Shown in pieces: positions 13,501-28,300 of a DNA stretch of 64,000 nucleotides. The notes below the pieces were generated by a model. That model saw only the letters and a list, made by a program, of their open reading frames with translations, did no database searches and was not told the origin of the DNA. Both the position numbers and the translations under genes were made by a program. The DNA is from Haplodiscus bocki (taxonomy: Eukaryota), in assembly GCA_965655095.1 (NCBI GenBank), contig OZ296651.1:43896001-43960000 (forward strand), read 5' to 3'. Position 1 is the stretch's first letter. Each line of letters begins with the position of its first letter.

Positions 13501-15150
13501 TGTAGGCAACCTCCACAGCTTTACAACCCAAAAGATGCCGCTACTGGAGACTTCACAAGTTAAATTTATTTTTATCTACTTGTTGTTTTGAGTTATCAAA
13601 AATTCGGAAGAGTAAAAAAAGCATGTGCTAAAACTATCAAAATTATTTCAAAAGCTATCACGCTTCATTGAAATGTTATTGCAACCATGATTAAATGCTA
13701 TGTGACAAACCACTAAATTCATACGTGGAAATTGCAGCCTGCATGCCAAAAAAATTACAAATTTTCCAACTTTCGCCATTTGTAAACTAACAACTGGAAG
13801 ACTTTTTGCAGATACTTCACTCTACTAAATCTATATCAGACCGAATTTTGTCTGATTAGTCTCAGTGTAACATTGTACACCTTGGTTTTTCAACTCGTTT
13901 TTGAACTAGTGATTCTAAATTGAATTGAAACCTTGATGACAGTAGATGACTAAATTTGAATCTGACTTTGGATTTTATTATAAGAAGCTGAAATTTTCTG
14001 AAGGGTCCTCAAAATTGCAGTCTACGAATACGCCAACAATCAACAGTTACTCTAAACATGAACCTTGATGAAGAGATCTCATGTCTGAAAAAAAACACAT
14101 ACAATGAAAGTTACAGTTTCTCTCTAATTTTCTCAACCAATAACGTAGACAATTTTGTTTATCGATAATGCATCAACCATTGTCTGAAAGATTTAGACCA
14201 ATGGCTGACTGTGTTTGAGTATGAAGCATTCTTGCAGGCAAGTATTTTCTTAAGTTTTTTTGACTTCTTCCCTAGCAAAGCAATGGCATTTAAAAAAATT
14301 AGTCACAAAGTTTGGAAAGTGGTTGAGATTTGATGTGCATTTACTAAGTGTGGTTTTTCTTCATTTTGAGGAAGATGTTTTCCGATTGAAACGGAACATA
14401 GTGAGGTAAAGTTTCCACTAGAGTTTGTCACTATTTGGATTCTAAAACTTGTTTGCGTGAAATGAAGTTTTTGCACCCTCAAAAATGACTGATTGGTCAG
14501 AGTGATTCTTATTTTCACAGCATGTTTTGTTATCTTAAAGTGCTTCGTGTACAGGCAAACGTTCATGATTTTGGGATGCTTTTTTTCAAACAGCAGAAAT
14601 TATTCTCGATACTGCAACAAAATTAGACGTCTTCTCTAGGTCATATCAGCGGATATTTATTGTCCATTTTGGAGAGTACTGTTCTTCTCAATTTCCGACT
14701 TCTGCGATTTTTGACCCCTCTTCTACTGAGCTCGGCTGTTGTGAACGTACGGCAAGGACTTTTTTCAACGAAACCTCTAATGTATCTTGCATCATTCGAA
14801 AAGATTCACTTTTCTAAATTGGTTTCCAAAATGTGTTGAAAGCTCTGCGAACTTTGCTGAACAAAAAGTGTATATTCCATCATTTGGCGGTTGGCTGCCC
14901 TACTGGACAGTATCATTTTAGATGAAAAGTACCTGCTGAAAACAATCCAGAATGTAGATCCTGTAGTTGTATTGGACACCCTTGTTCAATGTCGATAATC
15001 GTTTTTCTGACCCAATTTTTTCAAAAGTGGCTAATCTTTGGGCTAATTCCCACAAACGTTTTTGTCCACATGTCTCGGTGATGAAACATCTCGGGTGGGA
15101 TATTTGTGTTTTACGGCTCGACTTGTCGCTCTCACTGCCCACACAAAAAC
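10600..15150 (-). mobile_element. Highly decayed Ty3/Gypsy LTR retrotransposon pol remnant (RT-RNaseH-integrase)
   Basis: Minus-strand fragments in Gypsy order: RT-like LVQKRVEKTKV (~13900) and MVAITFQ (cf. NAPATFQ, ~13680), RNaseH-like VVLEASLHCVG (cf. TDAS..G.G, ~12950), integrase-like FFGFPKSVPIGCQDG (~11110). Many stops and frameshifts; boundaries approximate. Confidence 0.45.
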
Positions 15151-15549
15151 AAAGACATCCCCAAAGGAGACCGTAATTTCACTATTCTCGTCGCAATGCA
15201 CTTTTCAAACAAATAACGAAGTTTTAACCTATGGATAGAGTAGGAACTTTCCAAATGATGTTTGGTGGAAACGTTTCTGTCAATCAACATCGCCCACAGG
15301 TTTACGATCGCATGAAAAAAAAACGGTGGAAAGCATTGAGTTTGCTTTGGATGTGACTTTTGACTCCACCAACACTTTCGAAAGAATGAGACAGAAAATG
15401 TCCTCGACTTATTCAACCCATGTCAAAAAACTCAAAAGTCAATAGTTTTTTGGAAGTTGCTGTTGCTGGAAGACATGACGGACTCAAAGGAAAAAAACAT
15501 AACACATTTTTTTGAACGAAGAATTTCAGTCAGGGTAATGAGCATCACA

Positions 15550-18500
15550 GCACTCAAGTTGTTCAACCCATATCTGCAAACCATGTCTTGCACCTTGGCA
15601 GACATAAAGTTTAGTTGACACTCGCGGACTCGTCAGTTTATTGTTAAAAAGCTGCAACAAGCATTGCATTTGGTATTTTGTTAGTCTTTTTGTGCTCTCG
15701 ATCATATGGTTGATTACCAAACAAACTTCTCTAGTGAAAAAAGCCGCTCGATGTTCCACCTTCTCGAATAACCTGTGTAGATTGAAGGTACCGGGCGATG
15801 ACCAAACATTTATTCTTCATTCTCCGAGCATTCCAACATGTTTTCCAAACGAGCACTGTACGAAATCTTCAAAGAACCACCAAAAAATACTGGCAAAGGT
15901 TTTGATAAGAACAAGCGTTGACGTATCGAAATTCAAGTGACTTACTTTTGGTGGCGAGAATAAATTTGAAAAGAGTCGCAGAACAATCTTTTTCAAAAAA
16001 TGTCCACCAAATCAAACCTTTTCCCCATTCATCATTTTGAACCTGACTTAACTTGATGCAGAGTTTGTTGATGTATTCCTATAAAATAACACAGTCGCAT
16101 TAGAAAAAGAACATTTTTCACAAGAGAAGAATTCCTCACATATCAAATTGAAAAGAAATGCAACTATCATTTTGAAACATAGCAAAAACCGCAATCAAGA
16201 AGAACTTGTCTGCCAAAGTTGTCCGAGATTTCTATTGAGCGCGAAAAAGCTTCCCAACTCCAATTTCCTGAGCATGGTTGTAATATATATTGGCGTTTCT
16301 CTAAGAGTTTTTGCAAATGATGTTATATGAAAACGCTTAGTTCCAGATGATCAGTTCAATTTTCAATAGGCTGCCGAAATTGAGTCGAGTTAAGTTCTGA
16401 TCGAAAATACCAAGGAAAGAGTCAGAGGAACCTGCGCTCCCTTCAAAAATTTCAAGAGCAAAAAAAAATTAAAAGAAAACGTCTACAGCACTTGGATCCC
16501 TACATAACTTGACTTGAGATATCGCAATTTTACATCCAAAGGCCGATATTTGCTACAACTACAGATCGCTTATACACCGAGCCTATTGTTTAATCATAAC
16601 ATTCGAAACATTGAAAGCTCCTGGAAGATGTGACTACTTTGAATTTATCGAACAACTATCATTCTTTGATGAAATAACAAAAATTAGGAATGTTTTCAAG
16701 TACCAATTTGTTGTTGAAGTTGAAGACTTGACAGAAGAATTAATGCAAAAAACATGAAGACAAAGTGTTTGGAAAAAACAATGAAATGTTCTGTCTGCAG
16801 AAATGCTCAGGAAAAAAAGTCGACGGAGGAAAAATTGTTAGATCAAGATAAAGATTTTTCTGCAAACCAAAAAGATTTTGGGCCAATGACATTTGAAAAT
16901 TTCATTTGTGAGGTTTTTAGTTAAATCGGAAGTTTGGCACATCAAAGAATCACGTCCCTCAAAAATATCCTATACCTAATAGGAGACGGTGAAAATAAAG
17001 GCTACAAAAAAACACAAATCGCTTCAATTTCTGAAAACAATGAACTCCAGGGAGAACGGAGCAATTGACATCAGACGGATAAAATTCAGGTACTCTGTTC
17101 TCCGGTGTGTGGTTTTTTTTATCAAATCCTAAGGGTGTTTTCAAAAGCCAAACTCGTGATTGGTGGTTATAAGGTGCGCATTCTGAGGTCTGCTTCCCTC
17201 TCACAAGTTGTTTTTAGCAGAAATTTGTAAATATGATGAGGTTATTACCAAAAAACCTCTAACGTACAAAATAGGGATAAACCATAAATTTGTTAAACGT
17301 GGAATGTCGTCTTTTCGGAAAATATTGATGTGAGTCATTTGTCGTTTTTTTCCTCTGCAGTAGAATTGGTTTCAGACAGATCGCCCCAAAAATTTCCAGA
17401 CAAGAATTGAGATTCTTTATGGTTTTCCACATGAGTTAGTCAGCAAAGATGAGCTGTTGGAGGTAGCATTTTCAAGAACATTTTACATGTCATTGTACTG
17501 GAAACTTTCTTAAAAATTTTTTTTTATTACGAGAAAAGTTCAAAACAAGAAGGGTTGTAGTTCGTGGAATCAAGACCTATCCATTCATCGAAGATAATGT
17601 CAGGATGACGATCTTGATCGATCGAGGGATATGATTGCTACTAGTACTGCATCAGAATGAAGATTTCCCCTATAACACAGAAATAGGAGTTTTATCTTGT
17701 AATCGAAGATTAAAGGTAATTAATTTTTAGTTTTGACCAAGTAGTCATGTTTAGGTTGACGGTCTAATTGATAGGTGTTTTGTAATGCAGTGGAACGGCT
17801 ACACAACCTAATAATCGTAAACGATATCCTTTTAATTGATTTGGGCATGAAATGAAACAATTACTGTTGGGTATCAATCAGTCGGAGGAACAAAAGCACT
17901 TTTATCAAAAGGTTTTCTTTCTAAATCACTTTAAAACTAAGTGCAAATTTGATAACGGGCAGTGTTTTACAAAGAAAAACAGACACCCGATAGTCTACCA
18001 TTCTGCGCTAATTGAGAATTTGAAATCACATGGTAAAACTACTCTTAAGAGATACATCAATTGAGAAACAGCTTTTGTTTTGTGGCTGATTAGTTGATTG
18101 GTTCTCATCTTTGGAAAAGCATTGAACTCATTACAGGAAGACGATATGTGAAGTGATTGCTGCTGGAGAAGTACATATTCCAATGTGAGAAGTTGTGGGG
18201 ACACAACGAAAGCAAGGATTCTCTGCTTTTGCTCAATTTCTTTGGAGAACGGCCAATAATTCCTCAGAAACCTTTTATTTTCAGCTACCAGACGCATCAG
18301 TGTTGACAAGTTGGATCTCGCAGCAGTGGGATTTTTGAAAGAAGTCAGTGGTACGAAAAATAACTAATCGATTGTTTGAAAATATGGATTGCAGGAAGTA
18401 TCACACGAGCGATATCTTTGCTACAAAATAAAAAGGCGGAAAAATTGAAGACGCAGAGATGTTTCCGGTACCATGGCAATTTGGAAATGACATGATAAAG

Positions 18501-19100
18501 CAGTTTTCATCATCAGTTTTTCGCGTTTGATTCTGATAATCATGATGTCGGGGTCCCATTTGAGGTTGAAATTTCGTCAACTGGCTCAAAACAGATGTAT
18601 CTTATCACATCGCTTGATGAGAACTGCACAGAGTTTGAATGTCTGAAAAACATAATTTATGGAGTTGATTCGAAATAGATTCACCTAGTTGTTGTTGAAA
18701 GACGTGGTTATGATACTTTCGAAACCAATGAGACCAAAAGAGAACGTAGAATGGATGCATCGACAGTCTGGGTGAAGATACTATTCCGCTACCACTGATA
18801 ACTCATGTGAAAAAAATTAAAAACTCAGGTTTTTCCAATGTTCAGCCTTGCATCAACTAGAAAAAACAAAGCCACGACTCTAATGAAATCAATGCTTTTA
18901 AGTTTTGTGCTTGAAAATTGTTTTTGGAAGCCCTCTTTGATTGAACGTGTGCTTTACATTTCCCAAGTTATGGCTACGATGAATACCTTTTGCCGATATT
19001 CCAGAAACGCTAGTGCTTGAACTGTTTCTCAAGAGAAAAATGAAAATGCTTGGCAGACTTGAAGGCTGAAATTGGGGTCAATACCTCCTCAATTTTGGAG
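15550..19100 (+). mobile_element. Highly decayed Ty3/Gypsy pol remnant
   Basis: Plus-strand fragments: protease-like LVDTRG (~15612), RT-like PNSNFLSMVVIYIGVSLRV (~16255) and FTSKGRY (~16530), RNaseH-like LTSDG (~17065), integrase-like VGVPFEVEISSTG (~18550) and ENVEWMHR (~18740). Confidence 0.4.
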
Positions 19101-19599
19101 TAATCAACACAACATGAAAGTTAGAAAGCGGTTGATGTGAGCCAGACCCAATTTTCACTTTCATAATGACGTTCCTAAATTGGTCTCGAAATTGTAGTTC
19201 GTGCAATCTTCGTTCGTTGTGCTAATCTCATTATGGATTATTCAAAAAACAGTAAAAAGAGCTTGCATAGGCTAACTTAGAAACAACTACTTAGAAATCT
19301 TGACAAAGTTATTTATCAACAAAATTAACCAAAATCAGTTCAACCAAGAGTATCTTTTCAAGAATGCTCTGACTAGCAGAAAGGCAGAAAAATGATAACC
19401 TACTTCGATTCCACTGTAACGTTCATTTAACAATTAGTTTGGTATCCAACACTCCGGCGTCAGTCAAGTTGAAGTGCCCAGACGAGGGTAACCAATTGTA
19501 GACTATGACACGTCAAACCATCGCCTTTGTTGAAACTACGCTAAAGCAAAGAAAGCAACGGTCTTCCAGAATGACGGTCCGCCAATCACCTATGGAGAA

Positions 19600-22500
19600 T
19601 TAAAAGATCACTTGGTGCAACGTTTTGATTCAACATCAATGCGAGACGCAACTAAACGGTAAACATTCCGAACCGTTTGGCGAATCGTTGAGATTGGAGC
19701 TAATTTCCAACTTTGTTCTTCAAGATAATGCAAAAGTCAATGTGTTGAGTGAAAGACTCTCTCCAAATGTCTTCGAAAAAAGTTATTGTTGTTGGGGAAT
19801 ACATGTAGTATGGACAGATGGACATAATTGTACCTACACGTTGTTTGCTTTCGCTGTGTTTTGTCTGTTGCAAATCTCCGCAACGATACATTTTCCATTT
19901 TTAACTTGTAACCTAGCAAATTGCAGGGCGAAAGCCGGATACTGATGGCAAACCTTTTTGCTGACTTCGTTGAGCGTAAGGATTACTACTTTCTGGTGCA
20001 ACACTTCAAACAGTTGACTGAGAAACGAATTGCACGTCCAATTCTGCGTTTGCAGTTTCTAATCGTTAAGCCTGTGAATGGACTTCACAATGTTATTGCC
20101 CTCTGTTTTAAACTTATATAGCATTTATTTTTTCCTTTTCTTCCGTGTAAATGCTCAGCTTGTGCAATGTGCGCGTTGTCTTTCAAACAAGTTGAAAATT
20201 TTTGCCAGACTTGAACTCAACCTTTTTACGTAACATTCAGTCACGGCAGGAGCCATATTAAAAAACCTAAGTGTAAAAAACCTATCCAAATAAATACAAC
20301 TGTAAATGTAACAAAAAGCTGCGCTTGAAAAAAACCGCCCGTGTAATAACTTTCCAGATATCAATTAGGGGATGACGACCCTCATATTATATCGGCTCCT
20401 CTGGCGTAATTTAATTTTTGAGGGCTCTTACCCACTCCTCGTTGTCAATTCCAACCATACACTACTGGCCTTGAGTAATTGAAACGTGTCGGTCGAAGCC
20501 ATGAGAAGGGTTTGATTTCCAACCTTTAATTTCCAAACAACGAAACTGTTTTGTAGCAATTCTGTATCCCTATTGCTTGTTTCATAGTTACCGGTACAGG
20601 TTTATGTTTTTGTGTTTTGTCACTTCCTGGGAAGACGTTTTCAGACTACGTCTACCATAAGGGTTTCAATGCAACCTTTGAAGCTTCTTTGTAAAACAGA
20701 AAAGAGCTATATGGGAGTACAGGGGGACCGTGTGGACCATCATAGTAGCCGTGAGAATACACGAATTGAAGATTTCTTCGAAAATCTAATCTTGCTGCAG
20801 AGTCAATTTGTTTATGAAAGTATCAGTCCGGAAGATTTCGGACTACGTCAACGCAAATTCCAGCACAACGAAGTGTGTGCTACAGTCGAACTCTCTGGTT
20901 ATCCCAGAAAGCGGCTAGCGAAGTCCACTTGATTTAGGGCAGCTCTGTTTGGTCAACTGCTTCTTATCGTATGGGGCAATTTGTAAACCTTGACGAATTG
21001 AAATGCACTGCAACTTCAAAGAAAATTCTGGAAGAGCAGCTGCAAGGGATTCGCTGTTATCTTCTTGAGCATACGGTTCACGAACAACTACAAATCGATT
21101 TTCTCAACAAACCTTTCAGTTCAAAAAAATTGTGACAATACGTCAATTTGAAACCTAACTCGAGACGTTTGATGCAAAACCGCAGGCGCTCGCATACATT
21201 GCGTGCTCAGTGGAGAACAACTGCGTTCGGGTATCTGAACTGGTTGGAAAAACCAATCCATTCGTTGAGTCCACCCGGGTCGTAATTTTGGCTGAAATTT
21301 TTCTCCGATAACGGCGGATCGGTGGTAAAAAATCGCAAATCCGCCCGTAATTTGTAGAAAAATAACGGCAGTTACCGGCGTTTCTTAGAAATTTAGCAGC
21401 GGTTACCGGCGTTTCTTGGAAAAATAACAGCGATTACAGCCGTTTCTTAGTAAATTTCCCTCAATAATTTACCACCCATATCTTAGAAAAATAACGGCGG
21501 ACTTCGAATCGCCACTATCTTAGCAAAATTTCGCCAAACAAATTTTTCGCCGCTGTTGTCCAACATTAACAGCGAAAGTCTTCAATTTCGGACCCTTTTA
21601 ACTAGCTAGTCAAAAGGATAAAAAACGTGAATCAAGTTGTCGGACAACGTTGCCTTCCACAAATCAAGTTTTCAGATGATGGGAACAGCAGTCTTGATGT
21701 TTCAAACTGGAGGCTCTGAGCTCGCGGGCACAAGTTAGCCCACTTGACAGGATCCACTACGAGAACGTGGCCTCCATAGGACCCCACTACCTGACAAACA
21801 GAATCGAGATAACACAAAACTGACAACAAATGAAAAATCAAACAGCCAGATTCCGATATGGAACAAACTGGAAAAGACTCAAAAAGACAAAACGTGCTAG
21901 TCAAAACAAAAAAAAATTAGAAAATAGTTGTCGAACCATCTTCACGCCCACAAATACAGTTGCAGATGATGGAACCGATTGTCTATTTTTTTGCAGGAAA
22001 CTTGATTTTTCCACCTTTTTCACGGAATTTTCGAGGCGAAGATTTCGGTGTACGATAGCTTCCATTTTGAAACAAAAAGTATTGCAACGTCTTTTGTTTT
22101 TCTTTTGGGGAAACCTGGTTTGCCGATAGGGTACACCCTTTTCTGCATCCGTACGAAAAACTATACCGCCGCTTTTTGTGGAATATCGGCGGAAATAACG
22201 GCTTTTCGTTAAAAAATAGCGGCGATCAACTTCAATTCGCTGCAGAAGTTCTACGGTAACGGCGCATCGGCTGTTCTTAGAAGATTACCGGCGGTATCGG
22301 CGGAATTACCGGTGATCGTAGAAAAACAACGGCAAATGTCAAAATAATTTCGACCTTGGAACAGATTCTTGGAAAAAAGATCCTCAAAAGAAACTGAAAA
22401 CAATAATCATAGTTGCTGGCTTCAAAGATCATCGAAGCCCCACTCATGTTTTCTGAAATACTCTTTATCCATTTAATTGTCACGAAAGTTAATCGCTCAA

Positions 22501-23400
22501 TTGCACTACTGTTCAAAATCAACTCTGAAAAGGAAAATCTTGGTACTGAAAACAGCATTCTACAAGCCGCTGATTTGCTCAAGTTTTCCAATTAGAGCTT
22601 ATATTTGCAAATTTTGGTTGTAAATTCGACAGCAAAAAAATCTGCTGCGACGGAATCATTCGCCTTTCCCGTGAAAAGAGGACCTCGCACGCATCGTCAA
22701 CTTTAATCTTCAATAATCCACCAGTAAGCTTTTGTAAAGGGGAATAGTTAAATTGTGTCGTTTCTGGCTGAAGTGACAGCATCTTCTTTTTTTTTTGGTG
22801 TGTCACCAATTGAGAAGTGAAACCGTCACCATCACCGAAGCGGTGTTTTTCGGAACGGGTTCCGCTAGCTTCGTGTCCGATGCACAGAGTTCATGAGTAG
22901 TTAAGCCTCATTAGAATGCTTTGTTTTGCAGAAGTAGCAATAGCTTTGAAGTTGAGGCAACCAGAATACCCACAGCTCCTAGAAAAGCAATAAGAGCACA
23001 TGTCGTTAATGCAACTGCAGCAGCTGCAACCATTTGTGGCAAAAAGGTTACAGGCGAGTGAAATCAATGCCCATCATAACAACAACTTCGAAGTCATCAA
23101 CTGGAGGCCGGAGTGGGTCACACTGACAGGAAAACAAAACTGGGCCTTCTTTCATTGATAGTTTCGATGTAATTTTTGTACAAATGAGTGAAAACACACA
23201 TTTTGAATGAGAGCTCATCTGATCCTCGCTCGAACCAAGGGCAAACAAGGCGCTTCAATTGGTAATACATTTGAAAATCGATTGGATGACTGGATGATGT
23301 TTTCATACAGTCCTCAATAGAAGCAAAGAGGGCACGCAATAGCTACGACGCGAAGGTTCACTTCGACACGCCGACGTCCACTGGGAAGTTTACCAACGCA
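19600..23400 (-). mobile_element. Decayed Ty3/Gypsy pol remnant, interrupted by the 21290-22360 repeat
   Basis: RT-like PIDFQMYYQL (~23270), RNaseH-like CGFASN (cf. VAFASR, ~21180), integrase C-terminal-like YYMYSPTTITFFEDIWRE (~19780). Confidence 0.4.
21290..22360. repeat. Interspersed element with ~31-bp tandem subrepeats (gaaaaataacggcagttaccggcgtttctta)
   Basis: Three 31-bp units from ~21357, then longer variants to ~21535. The ataacggc/ttaccggcg motifs recur at 22190-22335 and 6635-6700. Confidence 0.65.
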
Positions 23401-23849
23401 TCAATGTACCGTTACCAGACGAAAACGGAGTGTGTTTGGCGTCCATGAGAGAATGGGAGGAGAAAAGTAAAAGTCATGCTGATTTCGCAATGAAAACAAT
23501 GTAAGACCGTGTTAGTGAACATGGAAAATGTGGCTAGTGGAAACGTTTTTTAATTTGATCAACATTTTACCATTGATGATAGAAATAACGCGTCAACGAT
23601 CACAAAATCTTCGCTGGCAACATAGAGAAACCATGGACTATCGGTTGCAGATACAATGTACTGGCGATGATGGTTTTCGTCTAATCGTCAGTCGGCAATA
23701 AACTTCTGAATCTCCCTATCAAGGTGAACTCGATCTTTAGCTACATATTTTTTCCTTGATAGTTTTCCGACGCCCTACAACGCTTGTCATCTCCTACCTG
23801 TTGAAAAAACCCCGGCGCACACTCATTATTAATATAAGTAGTTCCGAGA

Positions 23850-26800
23850 GATCTCATCAGATGGAGCTTCCTTAGATTTATCAGGAACCATAGAAAAGTT
23901 TTTTGTGGAAAAAAACAGCTCTGTGTTGGTCAAAAGTGCGGCGATGAACATGCCATGCACAAATATTTCTGATTTAAGCCATTCCTATGATTCATCCGAA
24001 AACCGGTTTCAACAGTCTGCACAAAAAACTGGCTCCGCGAAGCAACAAAACATTCTGTCCGGTGACGATCACAGCCTTGTTGAACTCAAATCGAGCACCA
24101 ACAGAAACTGCTTTTGAACGCAACACCCTTTCCGTCAAAAGATGGAGCAAAACAAGGAGAACCCTAGACAATGTCCGTGTATGGGTTAGAAATTTTGCCC
24201 CTAATACATCCACTGGGAAAATCTGATGCAACCCAACCGTAGTATGCGGACAACATACGCAGTGGAAAGCCTCGAATTTTCTTAGGATTTTGAATGAGAA
24301 CTTGCAACTCTAAGAATTTGCGTTCAAAATCAACCTCACTGCATGCCACCTAAAAACCATAGAAAATTGAAAACCGAAAGCCTGGGGTTGTTTTAAAAAA
24401 ATAGACCTCAAAGAAATTCAGGAAAACTATGTGGTTGAATTTAATTTTGGACTGACGTACCCTTTAGAGAATATCCTGCTTGATGAAGATAGCTGAGTAT
24501 AGGCAAACTTCCAACTAATTCGCTCAAAACGAAGAAAGTCTCTCAAAAAGTTTGCCATGCAATCGTCAAATGGGTCCAACAAAAACTGAATTCCCACTGG
24601 CAAATGAGTTCAGACATTTTCAGTATCCAGAAATCAAGGTGAAACATAAAATGTTACCGAACACCACCGGCCATGGCCATCACAACCGTTGAGCAAACAA
24701 TAATCTCTCTGTCGATGGACATGAGTGTGTTCGACATCCTGACGATCCATTTACTTGTTTTGGTCGAAAACGGGAACATTTTATATAGATACTGACACCG
24801 TAAATGCTTCCGGAAACAAGCAGTAAAAATAATACACTAAATAAAAAGTCAAAACTTCTACTAGCTGAATATCAGGAGCCTAAAACGAGCTAAACAAGGT
24901 TTTGTACCAGTAAGTTTTTAAAAAAGTTGCTTTAAAGTGGCTCTCCGTCTCGCCCCTGAAAAAATAAGGTTCCAACAAGACCAAATATGAGTTGCGCTAA
25001 CTGAAGACTGGAAGCCAAAACCATCCCCCTAAAAAGGTTTCTGAAATCCAGTTATCCCTGTTATCGATTCTGTTGATTGTGGAAAAAGAGGCACCCACAT
25101 GCTGCACCACAGACAACAAGTACAGTCGCCACAAACAAAAATACGCTCGCTAAGACGTCGAAGTGTACCAACAAATCAAAACTTTCTAAGGAAAACCCCT
25201 CTATCATAACACAAGATGTACCGACGATGAAGCTCACCTCGATGTTCAAGCAAGCGGTAACTGGCAGACAGTGTTTGCAGAACGGACTTCGATGTCAAAA
25301 TCTTCAAACAGTCGCGAATTCTTTTCCGGAAGGCATCAAAATTGTTTACTGGTTTCAAGAACTACAGAAAATCTGAAATCTCTTAAAAGAAAACTACATC
25401 TGTTAATACAGCTTATTCAATCTGCTGGTTTTTTCTTACACAAGAAGTGCAGACCTCTTTGCTTTCAAATTTGTTTCCAGCTTGCACTGAAGATCAGGAA
25501 AAAATGCGGGATTAGCTAATCCGATGCAGCGAGCCAGTTTTTGAAGACCAGTAGTTTTGCTCTTTTACCCTATTCTTTTCATAGGATGAGCTGGTGCCTG
25601 TCAATCTCTTGAGAAACTAATTGAGAATCATCAACCTCCGGTGTAGTAGAACCTTGACAGCTGCTATGAATTAACTGAATGAACCAGTTTTTGTCACTTT
25701 CATTTTTTTCCGAACCGTCCGAATAAAGTTTGGATTACGTCGATCAAATTTTAAAACCATCGTCCACTTGCTGGTCTCTCAGAACTTCTTTGAATAACAT
25801 GAGAATCAGGTTACGACACTAAGGGTGCTCTGCAGCCTGCAGCTCAGTGGCGCTTGTTTTTTTTCAACTTATCAAACTGCATCACGAGCTCTTCAACATT
25901 TTTCCCAACGAAAACTGGCTCCGCTATGCAGTCTTCGCAAAATTTATAGTGGGATAATATTTGAGAAAAAAAGTGAGCAGGATAGTTTTTGTTTATCAAA
26001 AGCAAAGTTGGTGCCGCCGGTTTTGCTCAATGGAAAACAATGTACTTCATCAAAAATTTCCTCGGGAAATTAAAGAGAACTTGGTCTAAGCTAAGCTTCG
26101 AAACTGTCACGTTTTGAGTTGATGGTACTCTCAAAAAGAGTATCACGGAAATCTCTCGGGCGCTCTGTCTGAAACTTTTTCTGGAGTTGAGTGAGGTTTA
26201 CGGCGCGGTTTCCGGTATATCTTGTGATTTCTTTGTCTTGATAAAAAAAGCAACTTTTGCTGAGGTTGGCACCTGCAACTTTTATAATCGTTGGAAGGAT
26301 GGGGCATGATGAAAAAAATCTGGACCGAAAGTCAAAATTTGTTGTATTAAAAACAATCGAGGTGTCGGTAATGCAGCATTTTGCCGTCAGTTCAGAAATG
26401 ATTACCATGCTCTTGTCCCCAATTAAACACAGTATGTCAAAGTTTGCGATTTGAGACGAACCGAGACAGTGGTGATGAAAAAATAAGTTTACGTCGTTGA
26501 GCGTTTCTAGGTGGCAGATTTCTTAGCGTTTGCAAAATACTAGATCGTGGTGTAGTAGTTTCTTGTTGTCGTTGTTCAATGCCGTGTAGTTAGAGAAAGG
26601 AAGTCTTCCTCTAAAGCGTTTCAGACCCTTATTGTCGAATAAATCCTTGAAGGTGCTAAAACACGGGCTGTCGGAAGGCTGATAGGGTGCATATCCTAGA
26701 AACCTCCAACCTCGCTTCACCATGGTTAGTGAAAAAAAGTCGGTGTTCGCTTGTTTGTAATCACTTTCGTTGGAAGTCTCATGAGGGTACCCGATTTTAA

Positions 26801-28236
26801 AAACGTTCCTGAATTGACTAATGTGGCATGCGTCTACTTTCTCCGAGTCATCTTCGCATCAGGCCCATATTTCTCAATGATAGAGTACGACTGAAAAAAC
26901 GATCGAAATGTAAACTATGTGGTTTTTCAACCCGAATTGTTTCTGACTTCTCGGATAGTTTTTACAAAAGGATGAGCCTGTCGATAGCGTGACTTTTAGT
27001 GGAAGATCAGTTTCCCTTGATCGGCTAAAAAACTACCAGGTTTTATTTTTCTCTTAAGTCTTTTTATTCTCAGTTTTCTCAACTAATGATGGTCGTAATT
27101 TTTATGCTTTTGTCTGCATTAACAAAGAGATTTTGCTTCCTGTTGCAATAATGATCGGAAAGTTTTTTCCATGTTTTCCCGTGCTAGTGCAAACAAAGTC
27201 GATGACCTTGGTGTAGTGGCTTTCGGTTGGATCTGTCACAGTGCAGAAGCTGTGGTGTTTTTGTGTTGAGTTGTCATCTGCCCTAATTCTTGAAGTTCTT
27301 GCTGCAGAAACAGACTGTTGTTGTTTTTGACTAAGTTGTCGCCTAGTGGCTACCCTTTGTCTATGTTGAAAGTCAGGTTGTCTCTGCTTTTGATACTTTG
27401 GACTTTAAGTGTTGTGTCGGAGAGGAGGCACGGTAACTATTCATTCTCCTTGTTGCCTTTTTTTCTGCTATAACTGTCTTATAAACAATGCCGGTCGTTA
27501 ATGTCGAAGTCAGCAGTCATGTTGAACTTGTTGATCAAGTTTTTCACTTCGAATATTATTTTTTGTAAACTTCTTGCAGGTTTGAATGACGTCTGTGATA
27601 CACCAGCCTCGTCTGCAGGCACTTTGAGATGGTGAATTGTGATTGCCAACCCCCGTCCGTATTCTGTCACAGGTGATGGGTGATTTTTTTCTCAAATGGT
27701 AAAGAAAACTAATGAGGGCCGCAGGTTACTAACGACACCGTCGGTTGGGTCAGATTCCTGCAGTTGGCACAAAGATGCCTTTGACAACAGTTGTTGAGCC
27801 ATTTTTAATGAAAAAATCGTTGAGCAGGTGACTGATTTCTTGTCGCAATTAGCCAGTTCCAAATTTGATGAACTCCGTGTGAACTCCATGGACGCGGGAT
27901 GCTTTATCAGTTTCCTTTTTCTGAATCTCTGCGACAGTTTTGAGCTGTTCTTGTTTTGTCGTAGAAGGGAGTGATCATAGATTTTCGTTTTCGGAACTCA
28001 GCCGTTTAATGTTCCGTTCCTGCCGTGTAAACATTGTTATGGTTTGTCAGATTCTCCTGTTTTGGCATCTATTTTGCGTCCTGACTTGATTTTTCTTCTT
28101 GAAACCTTCGACAGCTTGGAACGTTTTTTGCAAAAAATCCGATTTTTCGATCCCATTGGTAAAGTTTTCAGCAATTTTTGCAGCGTTATCTTGTAGTAGT
28201 TTTTCAGTTTCACCTAGGATCATAATTCGCTTCCTC

Positions 28237-28275
<39 letters not shown>

Positions 28276-28300
28276 AAGTTTTTGCGCATTTCAGCATTCA
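23850..28300 (-). mobile_element. Decayed Ty3/Gypsy LTR retrotransposon (gag-pro-RT-RNaseH-IN)
   Basis: Protease-like IIIATGSKISL (cf. DTGS, ~27140), RT N-terminal PSDSPC...RLPFSNYTALN (26580-26690), KKPAD*IS (cf. NADALS, ~25420), integrase-like FHLDF (~24640) and post-core FPVDVLG...VTGQNVLL (24040-24225). Confidence 0.55.
28239..28274. repeat. (CTT)12 microsatellite
   Basis: Read directly from the sequence. Confidence 0.95.

Noticed and set aside
21350-21540. CRISPR-like array of ~31-bp repeats
   Set aside because: The units are directly tandem and degenerate with no unique spacers, there are no cas genes, and the context is eukaryotic.
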